Shown: positions 1 through 8,715, counted from the stretch's first letter. The stretch is 54,921 nt of DNA from Thermoplasmata archaeon (GCA_034667685.1 JAXDQU010000028.1:1-54921), one strand, 5' to 3'. Numbers and translations: made by a program. Notes: generated from the sequence alone by a model not told the origin.

Positions 1-889
1 GCCCGTCGCGGCCGCGGAACCCGCTGGCGCGCAGGATGAACCAGCGCTTCTGGGTCGGCCCGTGGCAGGGGTACTCGCGGAAATACTCGTGGATGCGCCC
101 CGCCAGCGCGTCGCGGATGCCGGCCGCGTCGTTCGCGGCCTCGGCGGCGCCTTCGCGCGCGGCCCGCTCGCACACGTCGAGGTAGCTCGTGCCCACGCCG
201 TGGTCGGGTGCCGGAAGGCCGTTCTCGTCCGCGAACGCGCGCCATGCGCGGTTGACGCCGATGATGGTCCCGCGGTCGTCCAGGAGCGCGACGTGCAGCG
301 AGATCGCGTCGAGCATCGACCGGAGGAAGAAGCGCGAGTCGTCCAGCTCGGCCTCGGCGCGCTTGCGGTCGGTGATGTCGGAGAACGCGATCACGACGCC
401 CTCGACGGGGAGGTCCTCCTCGGCGTCGTGCGGCGCCGACGTGAAGATGGGCGCGACCGTGCAGGCGATCGGGAAGCGCGTCCCGTCGGCGCGCGTCATG
501 GTCATGTCCTCGTACGTGCCCGCCCGGCCCTCGAGCGCGGCATCGAGGCGGGCGCAATCGTCCAGCCCCACCAGCGCGCAGAAGTTGTGGCCCACGATCT
601 CCTCCGCGGGCAGGCCGACCAGCCGCGCGGCCATCGGGTTGGCGTAGGTCGCGGCGCCCTGCGGGTCCATCGTGACGACGCCTTCGCCCAGGTTGCGCGC
701 CGCGGCCCGGAGGCGCCGGATGCGGTTGAGCGCCTCGGTGGCGACGGTGTTCGCCAGGTAGGGATCGTGGTCGCGCGAGGCCGAGGCCAGCGCCTCGATG
801 ACCTCCTCCTCCGTCATCCGCCGCAGCTGGGTCGCCGTGTCGCCCGCCTTCAGGCGACGATAGGGGCGCTCGAACCGGATGTCGCCCAT
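1..889 (-). CDS. PAS-PAS sensor protein with uncharacterised N-terminal helical domain (3'-partial, runs off window start; not in ORF track)
   Basis: Manual translation from ATG 889: MGDIRFERPYRRLK...DPYLANTVATEALNR...LGEGVVTMDPQGAATYANPMAARLVG...VVIAFSDITDRKRAE (PAS/PAC), then a second PAS (LDAISLHVALLDDRGTIIGVNRAW). Open to base 1. Confidence 0.88.
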   Translation of the reverse strand, partial: MGDIRFERPYRRLKAGDTATQLRRMTEEEVIEALASASRDHDPYLANTVATEALNRIRRLRAAARNLGEGVVTMDPQGAATYANPMAARLVGLPAEEIVGHNFCALVGLDDCARLDAALEGRAGTYEDMTMTRADGTRFPIACTVAPIFTSAPHDAEEDLPVEGVVIAFSDITDRKRAEAELDDSRFFLRSMLDAISLHVALLDDRGTIIGVNRAWRAFADENGLPAPDHGVGTSYLDVCERAAREGAAEAANDAAGIRDALAGRIHEYFREYPCHGPTQKRWFILRASGFRGRDG

Positions 890-997
890 GCCCCTCGCAT
901 GAGGCTCCTGCCGTGCTTCAAGCTCGGCCCTCACAGAGTAGGGCTGCCGGCCTGGGAGACCGGAATGTCTTAATAGGGCTTCCGGGGCGACCCGGTT

Positions 998-1072
998 TGT
1001 CTCGGAAGTGATGATTGATTGTCCCCAGCGCTCCCGCTGGGATGATCGCCCCGCTTCTCGCGACACGATTTT
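998..1072 (+). ncRNA. Candidate small hairpin RNA or 5' leader
   Basis: TTAATA at 970-975; long G-U-rich hairpin (GGAAGTG/CGCTTCT, TGATTGTCCC/GGGATGATCG, CAGCG/CGCTG); TTTT at 1069-1072. Confidence 0.35.
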
Positions 1073-1096
1073 CCGCAGCGTGAGCCCTCGCCGCGC

Positions 1097-1822
1097 GTGG
1101 TCCTGGCCGCCGACCGTCCGGTCTTCCTCTACGTCGAGTGCGATGGCATGGTGAAGCTCGTCCGCCGCGAGGGGAAGCTCGCCTTCCCGCGCGAGGGCGA
1201 GGTCGACCTGCCCCTGGAATTCAAGGGGGAGATGGACTTCCCCGAGGGCAAGGTCCTCTTCGCCGTCCCCCTGCTGGACGCCTGGCCGCGCGACTGGACG
1301 TTCAAGGACGACGTGCCCGGGCTGCGCGACGTGGAGCCCATCGTCCAGCGCGCCATCAACGCCAGCCTGGTGCGCGAGGTCGTCGGCGCGCTCGTCTTCC
1401 ACCCGGACGACTGGCCGTCGTCCTCGCCGCGTCCCCGCGGCCCGGACGGAAGCGGCCGCATCCTGCTGGTCAAGGCCAGCCGCGGCTTCACGAAGGGGAC
1501 GTGGAACGTGCCGGGCGGCTTCGTCACGTACGGCGAGCCGCCGGAGGAGTCGATGCGCCGCGAGATGCTGGAGGAGACCGGCATCGCCCTGCGCGTCGAG
1601 AAGCTGCTGGGCGTCTTCACCCAGAAGTTCGCCTCGCCCTACTTCATGCGCGGCCACATGTACGCGGCGCGCGCCGAAGGCACCGCGCTGAAGCTCAAGG
1701 CGGACGAGATCGCCGAGGCGCAGTGGTTCTCTCTAGAAGATGCGCGCCGGCTCCTCATGAACCCGTTCGCCCGGAAGGCCCTGGGCGCATGGGACGCCGG
1801 GCGCGGGTTGCCCCTCGACTGA
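1097..1822 (+). CDS. NUDIX hydrolase with extra N-terminal domain
   Basis: Nudix box PGGFVTYGEPPEESMRREMLEETGI. Confidence 0.9.
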   Translation: MVLAADRPVFLYVECDGMVKLVRREGKLAFPREGEVDLPLEFKGEMDFPEGKVLFAVPLLDAWPRDWTFKDDVPGLRDVEPIVQRAINASLVREVVGALVFHPDDWPSSSPRPRGPDGSGRILLVKASRGFTKGTWNVPGGFVTYGEPPEESMRREMLEETGIALRVEKLLGVFTQKFASPYFMRGHMYAARAEGTALKLKADEIAEAQWFSLEDARRLLMNPFARKALGAWDAGRGLPLD

Positions 1823-1865
1823 CGGGCGCACGATTGAATACCTCGTCGCGCAGACCACGGGGGAC

Positions 1866-2234
1866 GTGCAGGGCTTCCGCCTCCTCTCGGGTGTCTTCGC
1901 GGCCCTGCTCGTCATGCCCGGCGCGCTCTTCCTGGCGGCGCAGATGCGCGGCGCGGCGTTCGTCCGCCCCAGCGACCTCGCGCTGGCGGGCATCCTCCTC
2001 ACCGCCTCGGCCGTGATCTTCTCGGCGCTGCACGCCCGCAGCCGCGTCGCCCTGCGCGCCAGCTCGGCCTTTTGCGTCGGGACGGGGCTCGTCGCGCTCG
2101 TCGCCGCCGCCAGCTCGGAGGCCTGGCCGCAGGACGTCGCGCTGGGCGGCTTCCTCCTCGCGGGCGCCACCTCGCTCGCCCTCGCCGCGGGGGAGCCGGC
2201 GCAACGTACTTCGACGCAGCCCGCGAAATCCTAG
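1866..2234 (+). CDS. Hypothetical membrane protein (about 4 TM)
   Basis: Four hydrophobic segments; fills the gap and abuts the next gene. Confidence 0.65.
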   Translation: MQGFRLLSGVFAALLVMPGALFLAAQMRGAAFVRPSDLALAGILLTASAVIFSALHARSRVALRASSAFCVGTGLVALVAAASSEAWPQDVALGGFLLAGATSLALAAGEPAQRTSTQPAKS

Positions 2235-2236
2235 GC

Positions 2237-3505
2237 ATGCCCTACCGCGACCGCGTCGAGGCCGGACGCATCCTCGCGACCCACCTCCGCGACCTCGCGG
2301 GTCCCGGCACCCTGGTCATCGGCCTCGCGCGCGGCGGCGTCCCCGTCGCGGCCGAGGTCGCCCACGCGCTGGGCGCCCCGCTCGACGTGATGGTCGCGCG
2401 CAAGCTCGGCGCGCCTGGGAACCCCGAGTTCGGCGTGGGTGCCGTCGCGCCAGGAGGCGTCCGCGTCGTGGACGAGGGCTCGCTCCACCTGCTCGGGATG
2501 CTTCCCGAGCAGCTCGACCAGGTGATCCACGACGAGGAGCAGGAGATGGAGCGCCGCCTCCTGCTCTACCGCGGCGACCCGCGCGCGCCCGACGTGCGCG
2601 GCAAGACGGTCATCCTCGTCGACGACGGCCTCGCCACGGGCGTGACCGCGCACGCCGCCCTCGATTCGCTGCGCGCGCAGCGCCCGCGCCGGCTCGTCCT
2701 CGCCGTGCCGGTGGGCGCGCCCGACAGCGTGCAGCGCCTCGCGCGGCTCGCCGACCAGGTGGTCTGCCCCGAGCAGCCCGAGGACTTCCGCGCGGTCGGG
2801 CTCTGGTACGACGACTTCGCGCAGACCACCGACGAGGAGGTTCTCGGCGCGCTCCCGCCGCGCCGCCGCGAAGCGCGCATCGCGACCGAGGCCGGTGATA
2901 TCATCGGCGACCTCACCGTGCCGCGCGATGCGAAGATGCTCGTTGTCTTCGCGCACGGCAGCGGCAGCGGCCGGATGAGCCCGCGCAATCGCGCCGTCGC
3001 GCGGCGGCTCGAATCCGCCGGCCTCGCCACGCTCCTGCTCGACCTGCTCACGGAGCGCGAGGAGCGCGAGCAGGACCTGCGCTTCGACATCCCGCTCCTG
3101 GCGCGCCGCGTCGTCGCCGCGCTCGCGTGGGTCCGCGCGGACGAGGACCTCCGCGCCCTGCCCCTGGGCATCTTCGGCGCGAGCACCGGCGCCGCCGCAG
3201 CGCTCGTGGCCGCCGCGAGCCACCCGGTCGCGGCCGTCGTCTCGCGCGGCGGAAGGCCCGACCTCGCGGCCGATGCGCTCGCGGACGTCGAGGCGGCCAC
3301 GCTGCTCATCGTGGGCGGCGACGACGAGCCCGTCATCGGCCTCAACGAGGAGGCCTTCGACCGGATGCGGTGCGAGAAGCGCCTGGAGATCGTGCCCGGC
3401 GCCACGCACCTCTTCGAGGAGCCCGGCGCGCTCGACCGCGTGGCCGACCTCGCGGCCGCGTGGTTCGTCCAGCACGCCACCGTGCCGCGCCAGGACGCGC
3501 GATAG
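2237..3505 (+). CDS. Phosphoribosyltransferase fused to dienelactone-hydrolase-like alpha/beta hydrolase
   Basis: PRPP motif VILVDDGLATG, GLARGGVPVA; hydrolase motifs FAHGSGS, GASTG, PGATHLFEE. Start set at ATG 2237. Confidence 0.92.
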   Translation: MPYRDRVEAGRILATHLRDLAGPGTLVIGLARGGVPVAAEVAHALGAPLDVMVARKLGAPGNPEFGVGAVAPGGVRVVDEGSLHLLGMLPEQLDQVIHDEEQEMERRLLLYRGDPRAPDVRGKTVILVDDGLATGVTAHAALDSLRAQRPRRLVLAVPVGAPDSVQRLARLADQVVCPEQPEDFRAVGLWYDDFAQTTDEEVLGALPPRRREARIATEAGDIIGDLTVPRDAKMLVVFAHGSGSGRMSPRNRAVARRLESAGLATLLLDLLTEREEREQDLRFDIPLLARRVVAALAWVRADEDLRALPLGIFGASTGAAAALVAAASHPVAAVVSRGGRPDLAADALADVEAATLLIVGGDDEPVIGLNEEAFDRMRCEKRLEIVPGATHLFEEPGALDRVADLAAAWFVQHATVPRQDAR

Positions 3506-3506
3506 C

Positions 3507-3833
3507 ATGCGCGCGCTCGCCGTGGCGCTCGCCCTCAGCGCAGTCGCGCTGGGCGCCTACGGGCTCTGGACCGAGGCGACGTGCGGCGCGAAGACCGACG
3601 GCCGATGCGTGGCGATCCACAACCCGTTCTCGTGGATCGAGGTCGCGCTCGCGCTGGGCGGCGTCGTGGCGGCGTGGCTCGTCCGCCCGCAGGCGCTCCT
3701 CTGGCTGGGGATCGCGCTCTTCCCGTTCGCGGTCTTCTGGTCGTTCACCGTCGCGTCGCTCGTGGCGCCCCTGATGGGCGCGCTGCTGCTCGGCGCGTCC
3801 TGGGCCTCGCGGCCGCGAGCACGCGCTGGTTGA
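3507..3833 (+). CDS. Hypothetical membrane protein
   Basis: MRALAVALALSAVALGAYGLW...; 3-4 TM and a Cys pair; starts immediately after the upstream stop. Confidence 0.65.
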   Translation: MRALAVALALSAVALGAYGLWTEATCGAKTDGRCVAIHNPFSWIEVALALGGVVAAWLVRPQALLWLGIALFPFAVFWSFTVASLVAPLMGALLLGASWASRPRARAG

Positions 3834-4791
3834 TGATATCATCATCGTCGGCGCCCGCCTCCTCCGCCATGCGCCGCGCGGTGGCGATGTGCAGCATCTC
3901 CGAGGCGCTGTGCCCGTCGCTGCCCAGGCTCAGCTTGCACCCCGCCTTGAGCGCCTGCTTCGCGAGCCGCACCGGCAGGTCGAGCCGGCCAGGGTTGCCG
4001 TTCACCTCCATCGCGACGCCGCGCTCCGCCGCGCGCTGGAAGATCGCCTCGAAATCGAGGTTCGCGGCCGGCCGGCGCCCCGGGACGGCGGTCGTCGGAT
4101 GGCCCAGCGCCGTGAGGTAGGGCTGATCCAGCGCCGCGAGCACGCGCTCCGTCTGCTCCTTCTTCGGGAGGCGGAGCTGCGAGTGGAGCGAGCCGATGAC
4201 GTAGTCGAAGCCGGTCAGGATGTGCTCGGGGTGGTCGAGCGTCCCGTCGCGGAGGATGTCGCATTCGGTGCCGCGCAGGATCGTGAAGTCCGGATGCCGC
4301 GCCTGCACGCGTGATATCTCGTCCCACTGGAGGAGCTGCTCGGCGATGCGCAGGCCGCGCGCGATGCGCAGGCTCCCCGAGTGGTCGCTCACGCCGATGG
4401 CGGAAGCGCCCATGCGCCGGGCGAACGCGACGATCTCCTCCAAGGTCAGCGTGCCGTCGCTCCACGTGCTGTGGCAGTGCAGGTCGGGCGCGTCGGGGAA
4501 CGGCGCGCTCTTGGCCCATGCGGGCACGCGCGTCTGCGGCGCCTCGGCGGCCTCCTCGTCGAGCCACGCGGGCGCCGCGCCCGTCCGCGCGAAGTCCTGG
4601 ATCGTGCGCTCGATGGAGGGCCCCACGCCCTCGATCTCGCGCAACGCGCCGCGCCCCAGCAGCGTCTCGAAGTCCGGCGTCCGCGCCACGTTGTTCGCCG
4701 CGCGGAGGTAGGCCCGCGCGCGCCGCAGGTCGCCTCGGCCGCGCCACGCGGCCCCCATGCGCGTGAGCAGGTCCACGACTTCGTCGCGCAT
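3745..4791 (-). CDS. PHP-domain phosphoesterase with N-terminal PolX-type helical/HhH domain (no polymerase core)
   Basis: RARAYLRAA...LREIEGVGPSI (PolX N-terminus); PHP motifs DLHCHSTWSDG, SDHS, GTECDI, SLHS, GHPT, GSDGH. Confidence 0.88.
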   Translation of the reverse strand: MRDEVVDLLTRMGAAWRGRGDLRRARAYLRAANNVARTPDFETLLGRGALREIEGVGPSIERTIQDFARTGAAPAWLDEEAAEAPQTRVPAWAKSAPFPDAPDLHCHSTWSDGTLTLEEIVAFARRMGASAIGVSDHSGSLRIARGLRIAEQLLQWDEISRVQARHPDFTILRGTECDILRDGTLDHPEHILTGFDYVIGSLHSQLRLPKKEQTERVLAALDQPYLTALGHPTTAVPGRRPAANLDFEAIFQRAAERGVAMEVNGNPGRLDLPVRLAKQALKAGCKLSLGSDGHSASEMLHIATARRMAEEAGADDDDIINQRVLAAARPRTRRAAARPSGAPRATRR

Positions 4792-4887
4792 GCGGACGCC
4801 TCGCCCGGTCCCGCGGAAGCAACCTTTCGCCTGCGGATCGATGACATGGCGTTCGGCTTATGCTCGGCAGCCGCGTTGGCGGGGCCG

Positions 4888-6168
4888 ATGACCGACCCAC
4901 GCGCGCTGACCCTTGAGCTGCTCGACGACGTCCTGGGCGCGGTGGCTCCCGAGGGCGCGCGCGTGCGGCTCTGGGACGGCACGACGTGGCCCGACGCGAG
5001 CCCCGGCTTCGCGACCGTCGTGCTTCGCCACCCGGGCGCCCTGCGCCGCATGTTCCTCCCCGCCACGCAGCTTCGCCTCGCGCGCGCGTACCTGCGCGAC
5101 GACTTCGACGTCGAGGGCGACTTCGAGCGCCTGCTGGAGACCGCGATGCGCGCGGGCGGCGCCCTCGACGCGCCCGCGCTGCGCGCCAAGGTCGCCCTGC
5201 GCCTCGCCCAGCTTCCGCGCGCCCCCCTCGCGCAGCGCGTCGTGCCCCAGCGCGCGAAGCTCCGCGGCCGCCGCCACAGCATCGAGCGCGACCGCGAGGC
5301 GATCCGATATCACTACGACGTCTCGAACGAGTTCTACCGGCTCTTCCTGGGCGAGCGCATGGTCTACTCGTGCGCGTACTTCGAGCGTCCCGAGGCGACG
5401 CTCGACGAGGCGCAGGCCGCCAAGCTCGACCTCGTCTGCCGCAAGCTGCGCCTGAAGCCGGGCCAGCGCTTCCTCGACGTCGGTTGCGGCTGGGGCGGGC
5501 TCGCGCTCCACGCCGCGCAGAAGTACGGCGTCGAGGCCACCGGCATCACGCTCTCGGAGCGCCAGGCGCAGGAGGCGCGCGAGCGCGCGGCGAAGGCCGG
5601 CCTGGAGGACCGCGTCCGGATCCTCGTGAAGGACTACCGCGAGCTGGAGGACGAGCAGGGCTTCGACGCCATCGCCAGCGTGGGCATGTTCGAGCACGTC
5701 GGCGCCGCGATGCTGCCCGCGTACTTCGCGCAGGCCTGGAGCCTGCTCAAGCCGCGCGGCGCGTTCCTCAACCACGGCATCGCGAGCGTCGGCGGCACGT
5801 TCGGCAAGGACGCGCGCTCGTTCATCGACGCGTACGTCTTCCCCGACGGCGAGCTGGTGCCCATCGAGCGCACCATCGCGGCCGCGGCCGGCGCGGGCTT
5901 CGAGGTGCGCGACGTCGAGAGCCTCCGCGAGCATTACGCGATCACCCTGCGCCACTGGGTCCGCAACCTGGAGCGCGAGCACGCGGCCGCGCTGCACCAC
6001 GTCGACGAGCCGACGTACCGCGTCTGGCGCCTCTACATGGCGTCCTGCGCGGGGAGCTTCGCGGCCGGGCGCATCAACGTCTACCAGACGCTGCTCTCGA
6101 AGCCGGACGAGCGCGGCGCGAGCGGGCTGCCGATGACGCGCGAGGATTGGTACGGCTCGCCCGGATGA
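4888..6168 (+). CDS. cfa: Cyclopropane-fatty-acyl-phospholipid synthase family SAM methyltransferase
   Basis: HYDVSNEFY, YSCAYF, LDVGCGWG, SVGMFEHVG, FIDAYVFPDG, HYAITLRHW. Confidence 0.9.
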   Translation: MTDPRALTLELLDDVLGAVAPEGARVRLWDGTTWPDASPGFATVVLRHPGALRRMFLPATQLRLARAYLRDDFDVEGDFERLLETAMRAGGALDAPALRAKVALRLAQLPRAPLAQRVVPQRAKLRGRRHSIERDREAIRYHYDVSNEFYRLFLGERMVYSCAYFERPEATLDEAQAAKLDLVCRKLRLKPGQRFLDVGCGWGGLALHAAQKYGVEATGITLSERQAQEARERAAKAGLEDRVRILVKDYRELEDEQGFDAIASVGMFEHVGAAMLPAYFAQAWSLLKPRGAFLNHGIASVGGTFGKDARSFIDAYVFPDGELVPIERTIAAAAGAGFEVRDVESLREHYAITLRHWVRNLEREHAAALHHVDEPTYRVWRLYMASCAGSFAAGRINVYQTLLSKPDERGASGLPMTREDWYGSPG

Positions 6169-6171
6169 CTT

Positions 6172-6342
6172 ATGCCGCGGGGCGAGCCATCCTCGGACGT
6201 GCAGGACGCACGCGTTCGACGTCGGGTGGCGCTCGCCGTGGCGCTGCGCGACGCTCCCCCGGAGCGGACCATCCTCATGCTCTGCGACCTGAGCGATTTC
6301 GCCCGAAGGCTCGCGGAGGCGGCGGAACGTGCGCGGGATTGA
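6172..6342 (+). CDS. Small hypothetical helical protein (56 aa), possible antitoxin-like
   Basis: Manual ORF MPRGEPSSDVQDARVRRRVALAVALRDAPPERTILMLCDLSDFARRLAEAAERARD fills the intergenic gap. Confidence 0.45.
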   Translation: MPRGEPSSDVQDARVRRRVALAVALRDAPPERTILMLCDLSDFARRLAEAAERARD

Positions 6343-6395
6343 GGCGACGGCGACCGCCTTCGACGCGGCGTGCCGGAAGGCTGGCGTCTCCTACG

Positions 6396-6680
6396 TTAGT
6401 CCCACTCGATGACCTCGTAGGTCATGTGGTAGCGCCCCGTCTCGGGGTCCTGGCGTCCGCCCTGGATGCCCGTGTCGATGCCCACGGAGTCGTGGAGCAG
6501 GAACTGGATCTCGCTGAAGTCCTGGTCGATGCACTGCTCGGCGGGCATCGCGCGGTCGGGGAACGATAGCACGAAGCGGCCCGGCGCGTCGTAGGACTCC
6601 ACGACGATCTCCTCGCCGGCCTTGCGCTCCTTGTTGAGGCGGGCCACGTGGGCGTCCAGGACGTCGCGGGCGATCGGCAT
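6396..6680 (-). CDS. Hypothetical protein (94 aa)
   Basis: MPIARDVLDAHVARL...YEVIEWD; TGATG coupling to the upstream gene; typical codon bias. Confidence 0.8.
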   Translation of the reverse strand: MPIARDVLDAHVARLNKERKAGEEIVVESYDAPGRFVLSFPDRAMPAEQCIDQDFSEIQFLLHDSVGIDTGIQGGRQDPETGRYHMTYEVIEWD

Positions 6681-7390
6681 CAGCGCGCCTTCGGGAGCGG
6701 GAAGGGGAACTTGACGTTGGTGCGGCGCGGCTCGCGCTTGCGGTAGCTGGGCTGGTACTGCGTGCGGTAGCCCTTCTCGCGCTTCCAGAAGCGCGGCGGC
6801 GTCTTGGCCTTGAGCGCCTTGAGGCGCTCCGGTGATAGCAAAAAGCCCAGCACGCCCACGGGCATGTAGACGGTGTAGTCGCGCTTGGGCCAGAGGCGGC
6901 CGTAGGTGTCCAGCGTCTTGTAGAGCGCCGCCATCATGCGGTCGGTCTCCTTCTGCGCGTAGACGAACGCCTTGCCGTCCTGGAGGCGGTTGCGCGGGCA
7001 CCACTCGTCGACCTCGAGGACGACGCCGTACGCGCGGCAGATGGCGGGGCGGAACGGATAGATCGTGCAGCCGTCCTCGAAGAACGCGCACATGTGGTCG
7101 CCCACGCTCTCGCCCCACGTCCAGGCCTCGTCCGCGAGCGCGTGCTCCAGCCGGTCGACGACGCCTTCCAGGCCGTCGGGGTCGTCGCGGTACGTGGCGA
7201 GCAGGTGGCGCGCGATGTTCTCGCACTCCATCACGTGGAGCTGGAGGCCGACCTTGCAGCAGTGGCCGCTGCGCTGGCAGCCGAAGGGCGTCTTGTTGTG
7301 GAGGTCCTGCACCTCGGTGAGGTCGTCGTACGACGCCTCCAGCAGGCGGAACAGCTCCGCCTTGCGCGCCGCGAGGTCCACGTCCTGCAC
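6680..7390 (-). CDS. YkgJ family Cys-cluster (Zn/Fe-chelating) protein
   Basis: CQRSGHCC...CAFFEDGCTIYPFRPAICRAYG; GTG start inferred. Confidence 0.85.
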   Translation of the reverse strand: MQDVDLAARKAELFRLLEASYDDLTEVQDLHNKTPFGCQRSGHCCKVGLQLHVMECENIARHLLATYRDDPDGLEGVVDRLEHALADEAWTWGESVGDHMCAFFEDGCTIYPFRPAICRAYGVVLEVDEWCPRNRLQDGKAFVYAQKETDRMMAALYKTLDTYGRLWPKRDYTVYMPVGVLGFLLSPERLKALKAKTPPRFWKREKGYRTQYQPSYRKREPRRTNVKFPFPLPKAR

Positions 7391-7428
7391 GCGCCGCGCA
7401 GGCGAGGCCGGGGTCAAAAGGGTTCGCG

Positions 7429-8136
7429 CTACGGCGCCGGCGGCGGCGCCTGTTCCTTCGCGGCCGCGGCCTTCTCCGCCTTCTTCACGGCGCGGTAGCG
7501 CAGGCCCGCGATGACGATGACGACGACCACGAGCAGCAGCACGAGCGACGTGCGCCCCAGGAGCTTCTCGACCTGCTTGTAGGAGCGCCCGAAGAGGAAG
7601 CCGGCGCCGATGACGATGGTGCACCAGAGCGCGCTGCCCAGCGTCTCCCAGAAGAGGAAGCGGTACCACTTGACCTTGGACGCGCCGGCCAGCGGCGGGG
7701 CGAGGGCGCGGGCGGGACCGAGGAACTTGCCCAGCGTCATCGTCTTGCCGACGTGCTCACCCAGCCCGTCGCTCACGGCCTGCGCGCGATCGGCGAGGGC
7801 CTTCGGGAGCTTTTTGAAGAGCGCCATGCCGTAGCGCGCGCCCAGGGCGAAGGAGATCGTGTCGGCGACGATCAGCGAGACGATGGCGATGGGGAGCAGG
7901 TAACGCAGGTGCAGCACGCGCGGGTCCTGCGCGGTGGCGAGGAAGCCGGCGCCCAGGAGGAAGAGCTGCGCGGGGATCAGCGCGCCCAGGACGGGCACCG
8001 CTTCGAGGAGCAGCACGAGGCTGACGATGACGTAGGCCCACTTGCCCGACTCCTCCAGGAGCATGTCGGGCTGCGCGACCTGCTTGAGCTGGCCGGACGC
8101 GGCGGCGAGCACGAGGGACGGCTCGAACGCCAGCAA
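7429..8136 (-). CDS. DedA family membrane protein
   Basis: LEAVPVLGALIPAQ, DTISFALG, GKFLGPARALAPPLAGASKV. Start uncertain. Confidence 0.88.
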   Translation of the reverse strand: MLAFEPSLVLAAASGQLKQVAQPDMLLEESGKWAYVIVSLVLLLEAVPVLGALIPAQLFLLGAGFLATAQDPRVLHLRYLLPIAIVSLIVADTISFALGARYGMALFKKLPKALADRAQAVSDGLGEHVGKTMTLGKFLGPARALAPPLAGASKVKWYRFLFWETLGSALWCTIVIGAGFLFGRSYKQVEKLLGRTSLVLLLVVVVIVIAGLRYRAVKKAEKAAAAKEQAPPPAP

Positions 8137-8142
8137 GCCCGC

Positions 8143-8715
8143 TCACTTCCGGCAGGCCTGGATGAAGTTGCGGAAGATGCGCTCGCCCTGCTCGGTGTGC
8201 TCGACCTCGGGGTGGAACTGGAGCCCGTAGCGCGGCAGGACCTCGTGCTCGATGGCCTGCACCGGGCAGTTGGCGCTGTGCGCGAGCACGCGGAAGACCT
8301 TGGGCACGTCGACGACCTCGTCGTTGTGCGACTCCCAGACGATGCTGCGTTCCGGGAGCCCGGCGAGGATCGTGCCGCCCTTCGGGTCGTCGAGAACCAG
8401 CTCGGTCTTGCCGAACTCGGGGACCTTGCCCGGCGCGCAGCGGCCGCCGTAGTGGCTCGCCATGAACTGCTCGCCCGCGCAGATGCCCAGGATGGGGAAC
8501 GCGGCCTGGTCGAGGTACGTCGCGCAGTTGCCCAGCGTGTGCTGCAGGCCGACGCGCGGCGCGCCGCCGGAGAGCACCAGGCCATCGAGGTCCGCGAGCT
8601 TCTCCCAGGGCGTGTCGTGGGGAACGATCTCGCTCTCGACGCCCAGGTATTTCAGCACGCGCCACTCGCGGTGCGTCCACTGGCCGCCGTTGTCCACGAC
8701 GAAGATACGGGCCAT
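8143..8715 (-). CDS. guaAA: GMP synthase glutamine amidotransferase subunit A (copy 1)
   Basis: DNGGQWTHR, LSGG, PILGICAG (catalytic Cys), SHNDEV, QFHPEVEHT. Confidence 0.92.
   Translation of the reverse strand: MARIFVVDNGGQWTHREWRVLKYLGVESEIVPHDTPWEKLADLDGLVLSGGAPRVGLQHTLGNCATYLDQAAFPILGICAGEQFMASHYGGRCAPGKVPEFGKTELVLDDPKGGTILAGLPERSIVWESHNDEVVDVPKVFRVLAHSANCPVQAIEHEVLPRYGLQFHPEVEHTEQGERIFRNFIQACRK

Noticed and set aside
62-973. 303-aa plus-strand ORF
   Set aside because: Antisense shadow of the minus-strand PAS gene; no motifs.
1008-1014. GTGATGA as the C box of a C/D guide sRNA
   Set aside because: No CTGA D box at a suitable distance.
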